Virus record (IMG/VR): IMGVR_UViG_3300044698_000251
Coordinates: 822-64,821 of that record
Reading direction: 5' to 3' (one strand)
DNA length: 64,000 nt
From: a virus
Of the stretch, positions 1-7,806 are shown piece by piece. The notes under the pieces are model-generated. The model saw nothing but the letters and a program-made list of their open reading frames with translations, was not told the DNA's origin and did not search any database. Position 1 is the first letter of the stretch; each line of letters begins with the position of its first letter. The translations under genes were made by a program, and so were the position numbers.

Positions 1-279
1 ATCTACGAGCCCGGCGCAGGCCGGATCGTGGAGAAGCCGAAGGATCCGGTGTCGGATCTCGCGGTGACCGGGCTGTACGTGTACGACGACCGGGTCTTCG
101 ACACCATCCGCGGCCTGGTCCCGTCGGCGCGCGGCGAGTTGGAGATCACGGACGTCAACAACTGGTACCTGTCGCACGGCCTGATGGACGTGCACACGGT
201 GCCGGGAGTGTGGTCGGACATGGGGACACCCGACTCCCTGCTCCGGGCCGCACTCCACGCGCAGGCGGCCAACGCGTGA
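1..279 (+). CDS. rmlA: Glucose-1-phosphate thymidylyltransferase / sugar nucleotidyltransferase (5'-truncated by window edge)
   Basis: Frame open from base 1; EKPKDP..LAVTGLYVYD, SARGELEITD and WSDMGT match the C-terminal RmlA/RfbA motifs. Confidence 0.85.
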   Translation: MYEPGAGRIVEKPKDPVSDLAVTGLYVYDDRVFDTIRGLVPSARGELEITDVNNWYLSHGLMDVHTVPGVWSDMGTPDSLLRAALHAQAANA

Positions 280-950
280 ACCTTTACCGCGCGGCCGTCA
301 TCCCCACCCGGGACCGGCACGACATGCTCGACGACTGCATCAACTCCGTCATCGACCAAGTCGACCGGGTCGTCGTCGTCGACAACCTGTCGAACCCGCC
401 GATCGACCCCGAGCCGTGGCACGGCAAGGTCGGCGTGTTGCCGCGGCCGATCGACCCGCCGAACATCAGCGCGTTGTGGAACGCAGGCATCGCTTTGGCG
501 AACTCGATCGCATACGCCAAGCAGGTGGACCGGTGGGACATCGCCGTCCTCAACTCCGACGTCATCGTCCCGCCCGGCTGGATCGAGACGCTGTCCACCG
601 CCATGCGGTCGACCACCGCGGTCCTCGCCTACCCGGACCAGCACGGCGGCCAGCAACGGATCCTCCACACCAAAGCCGAACCGATCGACCTGCGGCAGCG
701 CATCACCGGCTACGCGTTCATGCTCCGCGGCGAGCACGGCCTGCGATTCGACGAAGACCTGGCCTGGTGGTACGGCGACGACTCGGCGGACTGGACCGCC
801 CGCGAACAAGGCGGCGCCCTCCTCGTCCCCGGCATCCCCGTCGAACACCGCGCCCCCAACGTGTCCACCCACGAACGCCCCGAACTGCTGGAACAAACCG
901 GCCGCGACCGCGCCACCTTCCAACAGAAATGGGGCCGCACCCCATGGTGA
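276..950 (+). CDS. Glycosyltransferase, GT-A fold (family 2-like)
   Basis: GTGA overlap with upstream stop; AVIPTRDR..L..C, VVVVDN, VLNSDV, WWYGDD motifs. Confidence 0.8.
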   Translation: MNLYRAAVIPTRDRHDMLDDCINSVIDQVDRVVVVDNLSNPPIDPEPWHGKVGVLPRPIDPPNISALWNAGIALANSIAYAKQVDRWDIAVLNSDVIVPPGWIETLSTAMRSTTAVLAYPDQHGGQQRILHTKAEPIDLRQRITGYAFMLRGEHGLRFDEDLAWWYGDDSADWTAREQGGALLVPGIPVEHRAPNVSTHERPELLEQTGRDRATFQQKWGRTPW

Positions 951-964
951 ACAGGAGTACGAGC

Positions 965-1780
965 ATGCGCATCGCAGTCACTGGCGGGTCCGGCTTCATC
1001 GGCCAAGCCACCATCGCGGCGGCCGAGAACGCCGGCCACACCGCCTGGTCGTTCGACCGCGCGCACGGCAATGACATCCTCGGCAGCCTCGACGCCCTCG
1101 ACGGCGCGGACACGGTCATCCACCTGGCCGGCATGCTCGGCACGTCGGAACTCTTCGACGACGCCGAGGCTGCGGTGGAGGCGAACGTGGTCGGCGCGCT
1201 GCGGATCCTGCGCTGGTGCGAGCGGCACGACGCCTCGTACGTGGGGATCACGATGCCGCCGGTCTTCCCCAGCGTGTACACGGCGACGAAGGTGTGCGCG
1301 GACCGGCTGGCGACGGCCTGGCATGAGGCGTACGGGGTGCCGGTCAGTCACGTGCGGGCGTTCAACGCGTACGGGCCCGGCCAGAAGTGGGGTCCCGGGC
1401 ATCCGCAGAAGATCGTGCCGACGTTCGCGCGCGCTGCGTGGGAGGGCAAGCCGCTGCCGGTGTGGGGTGACGGCGGGCAGACCATGGACCTGGTGCACGC
1501 GGACGACGTCGGCCGGATGCTCGTCGATGCGGCGGCGCACGGTGACGACGTCACCTTCGACGCCGGGACGGGGCAGGCGGTCACGGTGAATGAGCTGGCC
1601 GAGTTCGTGCTGGAGCAGACGGGTTCGACGGCGGGGGTGGAGCATCTGCCGATGCGGACGGGTGAACGCCCGACGCGGATCGTCGCGGCTGGTGACGGCT
1701 GGGAGCGGCTGGACTGGAAGCCTGAGTTCAACTGGTCGCGTGTGGCGCAGGTCGTGGAGTGGTATCGGTCACCGGCATGA
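965..1780 (+). CDS. NAD-dependent epimerase/dehydratase (extended SDR)
   Basis: AGGAG RBS; TGGSGFIG Rossmann motif, HLAG, YTATK (YxxxK), FNAYGP, DLVHADDV. Confidence 0.92.
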   Translation: MRIAVTGGSGFIGQATIAAAENAGHTAWSFDRAHGNDILGSLDALDGADTVIHLAGMLGTSELFDDAEAAVEANVVGALRILRWCERHDASYVGITMPPVFPSVYTATKVCADRLATAWHEAYGVPVSHVRAFNAYGPGQKWGPGHPQKIVPTFARAAWEGKPLPVWGDGGQTMDLVHADDVGRMLVDAAAHGDDVTFDAGTGQAVTVNELAEFVLEQTGSTAGVEHLPMRTGERPTRIVAAGDGWERLDWKPEFNWSRVAQVVEWYRSPA

Positions 1781-2448
1781 GCGATGTAGCGATCCTGACG
1801 GCGATCTATGACGGGTACGACGAGCTGAAGCCGGTCCTGCCGCAGGCTGGCGTCGACGTGGAGTGGGTGTGCGTCACGGACGGCGCGCCACTCCCGGACG
1901 CCGAGGCGGCGCGCGGCTGGTCGATGGTGTGTGATCCGCGTCCGGGGGTGCATCCGAATCGGGCGGCGAAGCATCCGAAGTACGAGCCGTGGAAGTACAC
2001 GGACGCGCCCGTCAGCCTGTGGGTGGATGCGTCGTTCCGGGTGGTGTCGGAGACGTTCGCGGTGGAGGCGACGGCGGGGCTGACGGACGAGGAGCCGATC
2101 GCGCAGTTCGTGCATCCGTGGCGGGACTGTCTGTTCGCGGAGGCCAAGGAGTCCGTAGGGCTGGCGAAGTATGCGGGTGAGCCGACGTTGGAGCAGGCCG
2201 AGTCGTACCGGCAGGCCGGGCATCCGGAGGGCTGGGGGCTGTGGGCGACGGGGGTGATTGCGCGCCGTCACACTGAGGCGGTGCGGCGGATGGGCTGGCT
2301 GTGGCTGGCGGAGACGTACCGGTGGTCGTTTCAGGATCAGATCTCGCAGCCGTTCGCGCTGCGGGAGAAGGGGCTGCGCCCGACGGCGTTCCCCGGGTCG
2401 CATCTGGCCACGCCGTGGCTGGCTTACGAAGGAAGCGGAAGGCACTGA
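1777..2448 (+). CDS. DUF616 (TOD1/MUCI70-like) putative glycosyltransferase
   Basis: TAIYDGYDEL, SLWVDAS (DxS), FVHPWRDCLFAE, QDQISQPF resemble DUF616. Confidence 0.65.
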   Translation: MSDVAILTAIYDGYDELKPVLPQAGVDVEWVCVTDGAPLPDAEAARGWSMVCDPRPGVHPNRAAKHPKYEPWKYTDAPVSLWVDASFRVVSETFAVEATAGLTDEEPIAQFVHPWRDCLFAEAKESVGLAKYAGEPTLEQAESYRQAGHPEGWGLWATGVIARRHTEAVRRMGWLWLAETYRWSFQDQISQPFALREKGLRPTAFPGSHLATPWLAYEGSGRH

Positions 2449-2711
2449 TGAACGAGCAGACACCGAGCGTGGGTAGGATCGTCCACTACGTCTCGCATGG
2501 GACCCCGGTCCGGGAGGACGGCACGCAGGCGTACGCGGCGAAGTGCCGGGCCGCGATCGTCACCGAGGTCGACGGGGTCAAGCCGTTCTGGGTGGGCCTC
2601 GCTGTCCTCAACCCGACGGGCCAGTTCTTCCACTCCCTGGACAGCGGCGGCTGCATGGCCGACTTCACCGAGAACCAGGGCGGCTCCTGGCACTGGCCGG
2701 AGCGTGTGTGA
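2448..2711 (+). CDS. Conserved actinophage hypothetical protein
   Basis: TGATG coupling; PSVGRIVHYV...CRAAIVTEV...GLAVLNPTGQFF...WHWPERV. Confidence 0.7.
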   Translation: MNEQTPSVGRIVHYVSHGTPVREDGTQAYAAKCRAAIVTEVDGVKPFWVGLAVLNPTGQFFHSLDSGGCMADFTENQGGSWHWPERV

Positions 2712-3148
2712 TGGCGAGCATCGAGATCGGCGGCGGCCACCTGGTCCAGCCCGGCTGGATCAACCTGGACCCCCGGCACGGATCCGGCGAGTGGAAGCGG
2801 GAAGCCCAGGACACACCCTGGCCGACCGGAGACCACACCGTGGACGCGATGCGGGCCAGCCACGTCATGGAGCACATCCCCGCCGGTCAGCCGCGCATTG
2901 ACGTGATGAACGAGGCGCACCGCGTCCTCAAGCCCGGCGGCGTGTTCGAGATCCGGGTACCCAACGCGTCGCAGGGCTGGCACGCGTACGCCGACCCCAC
3001 CCACGTCAGCTTCTGGATCATCGAGTCGTTCCACTACTTCGACGGAACGAAGGCCGCGCATGCGGACTACGGCATCCGCCTATGGACCACGCGCGAGCTG
3101 CTGATCCAAGGCGACAACGAGATCCTCTGGAAGGGGACGCCACGGTGA
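2711..3148 (+). CDS. Class I SAM-dependent methyltransferase
   Basis: IEIGGG motif I, WINLD, ASHVMEH, EAHRVLKPGG, DPTH. Confidence 0.85.
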   Translation: MASIEIGGGHLVQPGWINLDPRHGSGEWKREAQDTPWPTGDHTVDAMRASHVMEHIPAGQPRIDVMNEAHRVLKPGGVFEIRVPNASQGWHAYADPTHVSFWIIESFHYFDGTKAAHADYGIRLWTTRELLIQGDNEILWKGTPR

Positions 3149-3381
3149 GCGCTCGTGACGCTCTCGTGTCTGCGCTGTGGGACAACTACACCGCAGCCCA
3201 GAAGAACGCGTTCATCGACGCCTTCGCGCACGAACTCGCGGAGAAGCAGCGGGCGGAGCAGGCGCGGTGCGAGACGGAGCAGCGGAGCAGCTTTGGCCAC
3301 CTGGACCACGAGTGCGAAATGCAGGGCGGAGCTGTGCGTCATATGGCCGACTTCATCGATCCACTGAAGGGCGCGACGTGA
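3145..3381 (+). CDS. Hypothetical protein
   Basis: GTGA overlaps at both ends. Confidence 0.6.
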   Translation: MSARDALVSALWDNYTAAQKNAFIDAFAHELAEKQRAEQARCETEQRSSFGHLDHECEMQGGAVRHMADFIDPLKGAT

Positions 3382-3962
3382 AGCCGGGGGTGACGGTGGT
3401 GACCCCTTTCCACGACCAGCGGCGCACCAACGGCATGCTCGAACGCGCCGCCGCCTCCGTCCGCGCACAGACCGTCCCCGTCGAACACATCCTCGCCGAA
3501 GACATCCACCACATGGGTGCCGCCATCACCCGCGCCCACGGCCTCGCCCTCGTGGAGACGGAGTGGGTTGCGTTCCTCGACAGCGACGACGAGATGGACC
3601 CCGACCACATCGAGCAACTCCTCGCCTGCGCCGAGCAGACGGGCGCTGACTACGTGTACCCGTGGTTCCGGGTGCGCGGCGGCACCGACCCGTTCCCCAT
3701 GTTCTTCGGGAAGCCCTTCGACCCCGCCTGCCCGAACTCCACCACCATCACGATCCTCGTCCGCACCGAGCTGGCCAAGACGGTCGGGTTCGTCCGCGAC
3801 CCGGCGACACAGGCAAGCGGCGAAGACTTCCTGTTCACCAAGGGCTGCATCGCCACCGGGGCGAAGATCGTGCACCTGCCGCGCCGGAGCTGGACCTGGC
3901 ATCACCATGGCGGGGGCAACACCAGCGGCCTCCCCACCCGAGGCGACGCCCGCCGCCGCTGA
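3378..3962 (+). CDS. Glycosyltransferase family 2
   Basis: VTVVTPF, ASVRAQT, GAAITRAHG, VAFLDSDD (DxD), GEDFLF. Confidence 0.88.
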   Translation: MKPGVTVVTPFHDQRRTNGMLERAAASVRAQTVPVEHILAEDIHHMGAAITRAHGLALVETEWVAFLDSDDEMDPDHIEQLLACAEQTGADYVYPWFRVRGGTDPFPMFFGKPFDPACPNSTTITILVRTELAKTVGFVRDPATQASGEDFLFTKGCIATGAKIVHLPRRSWTWHHHGGGNTSGLPTRGDARRR

Positions 3963-3965
3963 CTT

Positions 3966-3998
3966 CCGGAACCCGCCAGCCGCAACACGCCCGACAAT
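3966..3998 (+). promoter_or_regulatory. Late-promoter-like motif (variant), probably leaderless for terL
   Basis: CCGGAACCCGC-N16-GACAAT-N6-ATG(4005). Confidence 0.55.
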
Positions 3999-4004
3999 CC
4001 GGCC

Positions 4005-5399
4005 ATGACCACCGAGGACAGGGCCCACGTCGCACAGCGCGCAGCCGCCGCGCTCGACGCCCTCCTCGCACCACGCTGGACACCGTTGCCCCACCAGATC
4101 CCACCACCAGGCAACTGGGGAGGCTGGGTACTTTTGGGAGGCCGAGGCAGCGGCAAGACGGACGCCTGCGCCGCCTACATCGACGCCCACATCAACGGCC
4201 CACCCTGCATCCCCGGCCCCGTCCCACACTGGATCGGCATCATCGCCCCCACCCTCGGCGACGCCGCCACCTCCTGCTACGCCGGCCCATCCGGGATCCG
4301 CGCACACAGCCCCGGCGCGAAACTCGTCAACGGCCCCGGCGGCCTCACCGTCCGCTGGCCCAACGGCTCCGAAGCGAAACTCTTCGGCGCCCACAGCCCC
4401 GAAGACGTCGAACGCCTCCGCTCCGGCGGTAACCGATGCGCCGTCTGGGGAGAGGAACTGGCAGCGTGGCGGCATCTAGACGACGCATGGGACCACATGC
4501 GCTTCGGCCTGCGGACCGGGCCGCGCCCGCACTGGATCGCGTCCACCACACCGAAGCCGAAGCCGCTCATCAAGCGCCTGGCGGCCGGTGAGGAGCGCAA
4601 CGTCGTGCTGACCACGGCCACGACGTACGACAACCCGCACCTTGAACAGCACATCCGCGACCAGCTGGAGGAGACGTACGGCGGCACGCAGCTCGGCCAG
4701 CAGGAGCTTCTCGGCCTCATCATGGACCAGGACGAGAACGCCCTCTGGACTCGGGCAATGCTCGACGCTTCCCGGGTGCGGCCGGCGGACGTGCCCGACT
4801 TGGCGCGGATCGCGGTCGGCGTCGACCCGTCCGGTGGTGCCGGCGAGCAGGGCATCGTTGTGGTGGGTAAGTCGGGGCTCATCACGCCGCTGCGCCTGGT
4901 GTCGGACGACGGTACGGTGCCGGGCCCGGTGCGGCCGGAGCATCACGGGTATGTCCTCGATGACCGGACGTGCAAGCTTCCGCCGGATGGCTGGGGGCGG
5001 CGGGCGGTGCAGGCGGCGATCGACTGGGGCGCCGATGAAATCGTGTGTGAGGTCAACTTCGGAGGGGCCATGGCCGTGGCCACGATTCGTACGGCGGCCG
5101 ATGCGTTGGGCGTGAACATCCCCATCCGTACCGTCACCGCTACCCGGGGCAAGGCGGTGCGTGCGCAGCCGGTTGCCGCACTCACCGCGCAGGGGCGTTG
5201 GCATATGGCCGGCGTGTTCCCCGAGTTGGAGGAGCAGCTCGTCACTTGGTATCCGGAGATCGGCTGGTCACCGGATCGACTCGACGGGATGGTATGGCCG
5301 GCGTGGCACTTGAAGTTGGTGCGTACGACGGCGGGTGGTCTGGGTTCGTTGGGTGGGGATCTGGCCAGAAAGCAGATTGTTGGCGGGCGGCTACGGTGA
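4005..5399 (+). CDS. terL: Terminase large subunit
   Basis: GGRGSGKT Walker A, WGEELAAW Walker B, TTTPKP coupling motif, VGVDP nuclease, DRLDGMVW. Confidence 0.95.
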   Translation: MTTEDRAHVAQRAAAALDALLAPRWTPLPHQIPPPGNWGGWVLLGGRGSGKTDACAAYIDAHINGPPCIPGPVPHWIGIIAPTLGDAATSCYAGPSGIRAHSPGAKLVNGPGGLTVRWPNGSEAKLFGAHSPEDVERLRSGGNRCAVWGEELAAWRHLDDAWDHMRFGLRTGPRPHWIASTTPKPKPLIKRLAAGEERNVVLTTATTYDNPHLEQHIRDQLEETYGGTQLGQQELLGLIMDQDENALWTRAMLDASRVRPADVPDLARIAVGVDPSGGAGEQGIVVVGKSGLITPLRLVSDDGTVPGPVRPEHHGYVLDDRTCKLPPDGWGRRAVQAAIDWGADEIVCEVNFGGAMAVATIRTAADALGVNIPIRTVTATRGKAVRAQPVAALTAQGRWHMAGVFPELEEQLVTWYPEIGWSPDRLDGMVWPAWHLKLVRTTAGGLGSLGGDLARKQIVGGRLR

Positions 5400-5845
5400 C
5401 GGGCATGAATCCGTGGTTGTTCCTGGTCCTGCTGCCCGCGATGGCGTTGACGACATACCGGTTGACCCGGTTGGTCGTGGCTGACACCTTCCCTCCGGCG
5501 TTGTGGCTGCGGGACCGTCTCGTCGGCGGCTGGCGTCCCCTCACCTCGAAGGAGTCGGAGAGTCACCCGCTTCCGGTCATGGAGGAGGGGCAGTCGGCCA
5601 CCGTGGCACGGCTCGGCGGTTTGACGGTGATCGACGGTCAGATGAACCGGTATGTGGAGCGGGCTCGTTGGGTGCCGCACTGGTTGGCGGATCTGTTGTC
5701 GTGCCCGTTCTGCGCTTCGGGGTGGATCGGTGCGGGGGTGGTAGCGGGTGCGTGGTTTGCCCCTGCTGGCGCGTCGGTGCCGGTGCTGTGCTGGTTCTCG
5801 GCGTGGGCGATCGGCGGACTGATCGCGGCGCAGGACTGGGCGTAA
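5396..5845 (+). CDS. DUF1360-like membrane protein
   Basis: YRLTRLVVAD, LLSCPFCASGW, hydrophobic ends; alternative ATG at 5405. Confidence 0.7.
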   Translation: MTGMNPWLFLVLLPAMALTTYRLTRLVVADTFPPALWLRDRLVGGWRPLTSKESESHPLPVMEEGQSATVARLGGLTVIDGQMNRYVERARWVPHWLADLLSCPFCASGWIGAGVVAGAWFAPAGASVPVLCWFSAWAIGGLIAAQDWA

Positions 5846-5921
5846 GTGGGCGCGTAGCATCGTGGGTGCAGGAGAGCGGGCCCGGTCGCTTTCTCGGAGA
5901 CCGGGCTCGGTGGATGGGTGG

Positions 5922-5960
5922 CTGAGGGCCGTTCGCGGTGGGCATCGCGGGCGGCCCTCA
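5922..5960 (+). terminator. GC-rich hairpin between DUF1360 gene and portal promoter
   Basis: TGAGGGCCG(5922-5930)...CGGCCCTCA(5952-5960); no U tract. Confidence 0.4.
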
Positions 5961-5967
5961 CTCATGC

Positions 5968-6000
5968 CCGGAATGATCTTCACTGTGCCGCTCCTACCCT
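5968..6000 (+). promoter_or_regulatory. Late-promoter-like motif upstream of portal
   Basis: CCGGAATGATC-N16-TACCCT, then GGGAG RBS and ATG 6034. Confidence 0.7.
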
Positions 6001-6033
6001 CCCTCGCAGACGGCGAGCAGGGAGCGAGCGCAC

Positions 6034-7806
6034 ATGGCCTGGTGGCATGCATTCAGTCGACGCGGCACCCCCACGCCCAAACCGCACACGCCCACACAAC
6101 CCAACGCACTCACCTCCGCCGCAGCCCCCGTCACCAGCCCCCGCACCGAACTCATCCGCAACACCGACGGCTGGCAAGAAGAAGCCTGGGGCTACCACGA
6201 GACGCTGGGCGAATTCCGGTACGCCGTCGACTGGGAAGCGAAGATGCTCTCCCGCGTCCGACTCTTCGCCGCCAAACTCGAACCCGGCGCCGACGAACCC
6301 GTACGCGCCGACGCCGGAACCGCCGTCGACCTCCTCACCAACATGGCCGGAGGCGTCGCCGGACAAGCCGTCATCATGGACGGCCTCGGCACCCAGCTGT
6401 CCGTACCCGGCGAGGGCTACGTCATCGTCGAAAACGTGAACGGCGTGGAGCGGTGGTCGGTGCGCTCCATCGACGAAGTCCGCGTCGCACGCGGCCGGTA
6501 CGAGGTGACCGACGAGAACGCCGTCAACGGCGCCAACATCTGGCGCCCCCTCGCACCCGACTCACTGAATCCGCTGCGCGTGTGGCGCCCGAACAAGCGC
6601 TACCACCACATCGCCGACAGCCCGGCCCGCGCGGCCCGCTCCACCATGCGCGAGCTGGAGCTCGTGAACCGGCACATCATCGCCCAGTACCTGTCGCGGC
6701 TCGCGTCGGCCGGGGTGGTGCTCTTCCCCGAGGAGATCACGTTCCCCGTTCGCGAGGAGTTCGCGGACGCCCCTGACCCGTTCATGGCCGAGTGGATCGA
6801 GATCGCATCCGAAGCCATCCGGACACCCGGTACAGCGGCAGGGATTGTCCCGCTCCCGATGAAGCTCCCGGGCGAGTGGATCGACAAGGTGAAGCACGTC
6901 GACTTCACCCTGAAGATCGACGAGAAGATCATCGAGAAGCGCGAGTCCGCCATCAAACGGCTCGCCTCCCAGCTGAACATCCCCGCCGAAATCCTCCTCG
7001 GCATGGGCGACGTTAATCATTGGGGGGCATGGCAACTGGAGGAGGGCGCCCTCAAAACCAACATCGCCCCCGAAGCCGAGCTGATCGCGCAGGCGCTTAC
7101 CACCGGCTACCTCCAGCCCCGGCTCCGGGCGTCCGGCGTCGAGGACTGGGCGAGCTGGGTCGTCTGGTACGACATGTCGGAACTCACCCTCCGCCCCGAC
7201 CGCTCCGACGACGCCATCGCCCTCTACGACCGGCTCGAACTCAACGGCACCGCACTGCGCCGCGAGACCGGCTTCGACGAGGCCGACAAGCCGACCAACG
7301 AGGAACTCAAGGAACAAGCCCTCAAGGTCATCATCCACACGCTGCCGTCCGGCGCCGGATCCGCCCTCACCGAACTCATCGGCGAACAGGTCACCATCGC
7401 CGCGACCGCGCCCATCGCCCCGGGCAAACAACCGGCGCCGGAGCCCCCACCGGAAGAGCGCACGCCACCCGATCCCGAAGCCGCCCGCGCAGTGACGGCA
7501 CAGGCCCGCGAAGACCGCATGGTCCGACAGTCCCGCGAACTACACGCCGTCAGGTTCACGGTCGGCCGGGCGCCGGATCTGCTGCACCCGGCCGGCTGTA
7601 CGCAGCACGCCTACAGCTGCCCGTTCACGCATGCCGTGGTGAAGCTCGACGCGCTGCCGCGCCCGGGGACGTCCGGGACGTACGAGGTGCGGCTCGACAC
7701 ATTCGGCCGTCTGGCGATCGGCCGGCTTGCCCCGCATCTGGATACGAGCGGGTTCCTGTCCACCTCTCCTCGGAGTTCCAATGGGTTCGCTCACAGCCGC
7801 GGCTGA
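6034..7806 (+). CDS. Portal protein
   Basis: Position after terminase; WQEEAWGY..GEFRY, VPGEGY, LGMGDVNHWGAWQ typical of actinophage portals. Confidence 0.85.
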   Translation: MAWWHAFSRRGTPTPKPHTPTQPNALTSAAAPVTSPRTELIRNTDGWQEEAWGYHETLGEFRYAVDWEAKMLSRVRLFAAKLEPGADEPVRADAGTAVDLLTNMAGGVAGQAVIMDGLGTQLSVPGEGYVIVENVNGVERWSVRSIDEVRVARGRYEVTDENAVNGANIWRPLAPDSLNPLRVWRPNKRYHHIADSPARAARSTMRELELVNRHIIAQYLSRLASAGVVLFPEEITFPVREEFADAPDPFMAEWIEIASEAIRTPGTAAGIVPLPMKLPGEWIDKVKHVDFTLKIDEKIIEKRESAIKRLASQLNIPAEILLGMGDVNHWGAWQLEEGALKTNIAPEAELIAQALTTGYLQPRLRASGVEDWASWVVWYDMSELTLRPDRSDDAIALYDRLELNGTALRRETGFDEADKPTNEELKEQALKVIIHTLPSGAGSALTELIGEQVTIAATAPIAPGKQPAPEPPPEERTPPDPEAARAVTAQAREDRMVRQSRELHAVRFTVGRAPDLLHPAGCTQHAYSCPFTHAVVKLDALPRPGTSGTYEVRLDTFGRLAIGRLAPHLDTSGFLSTSPRSSNGFAHSRG

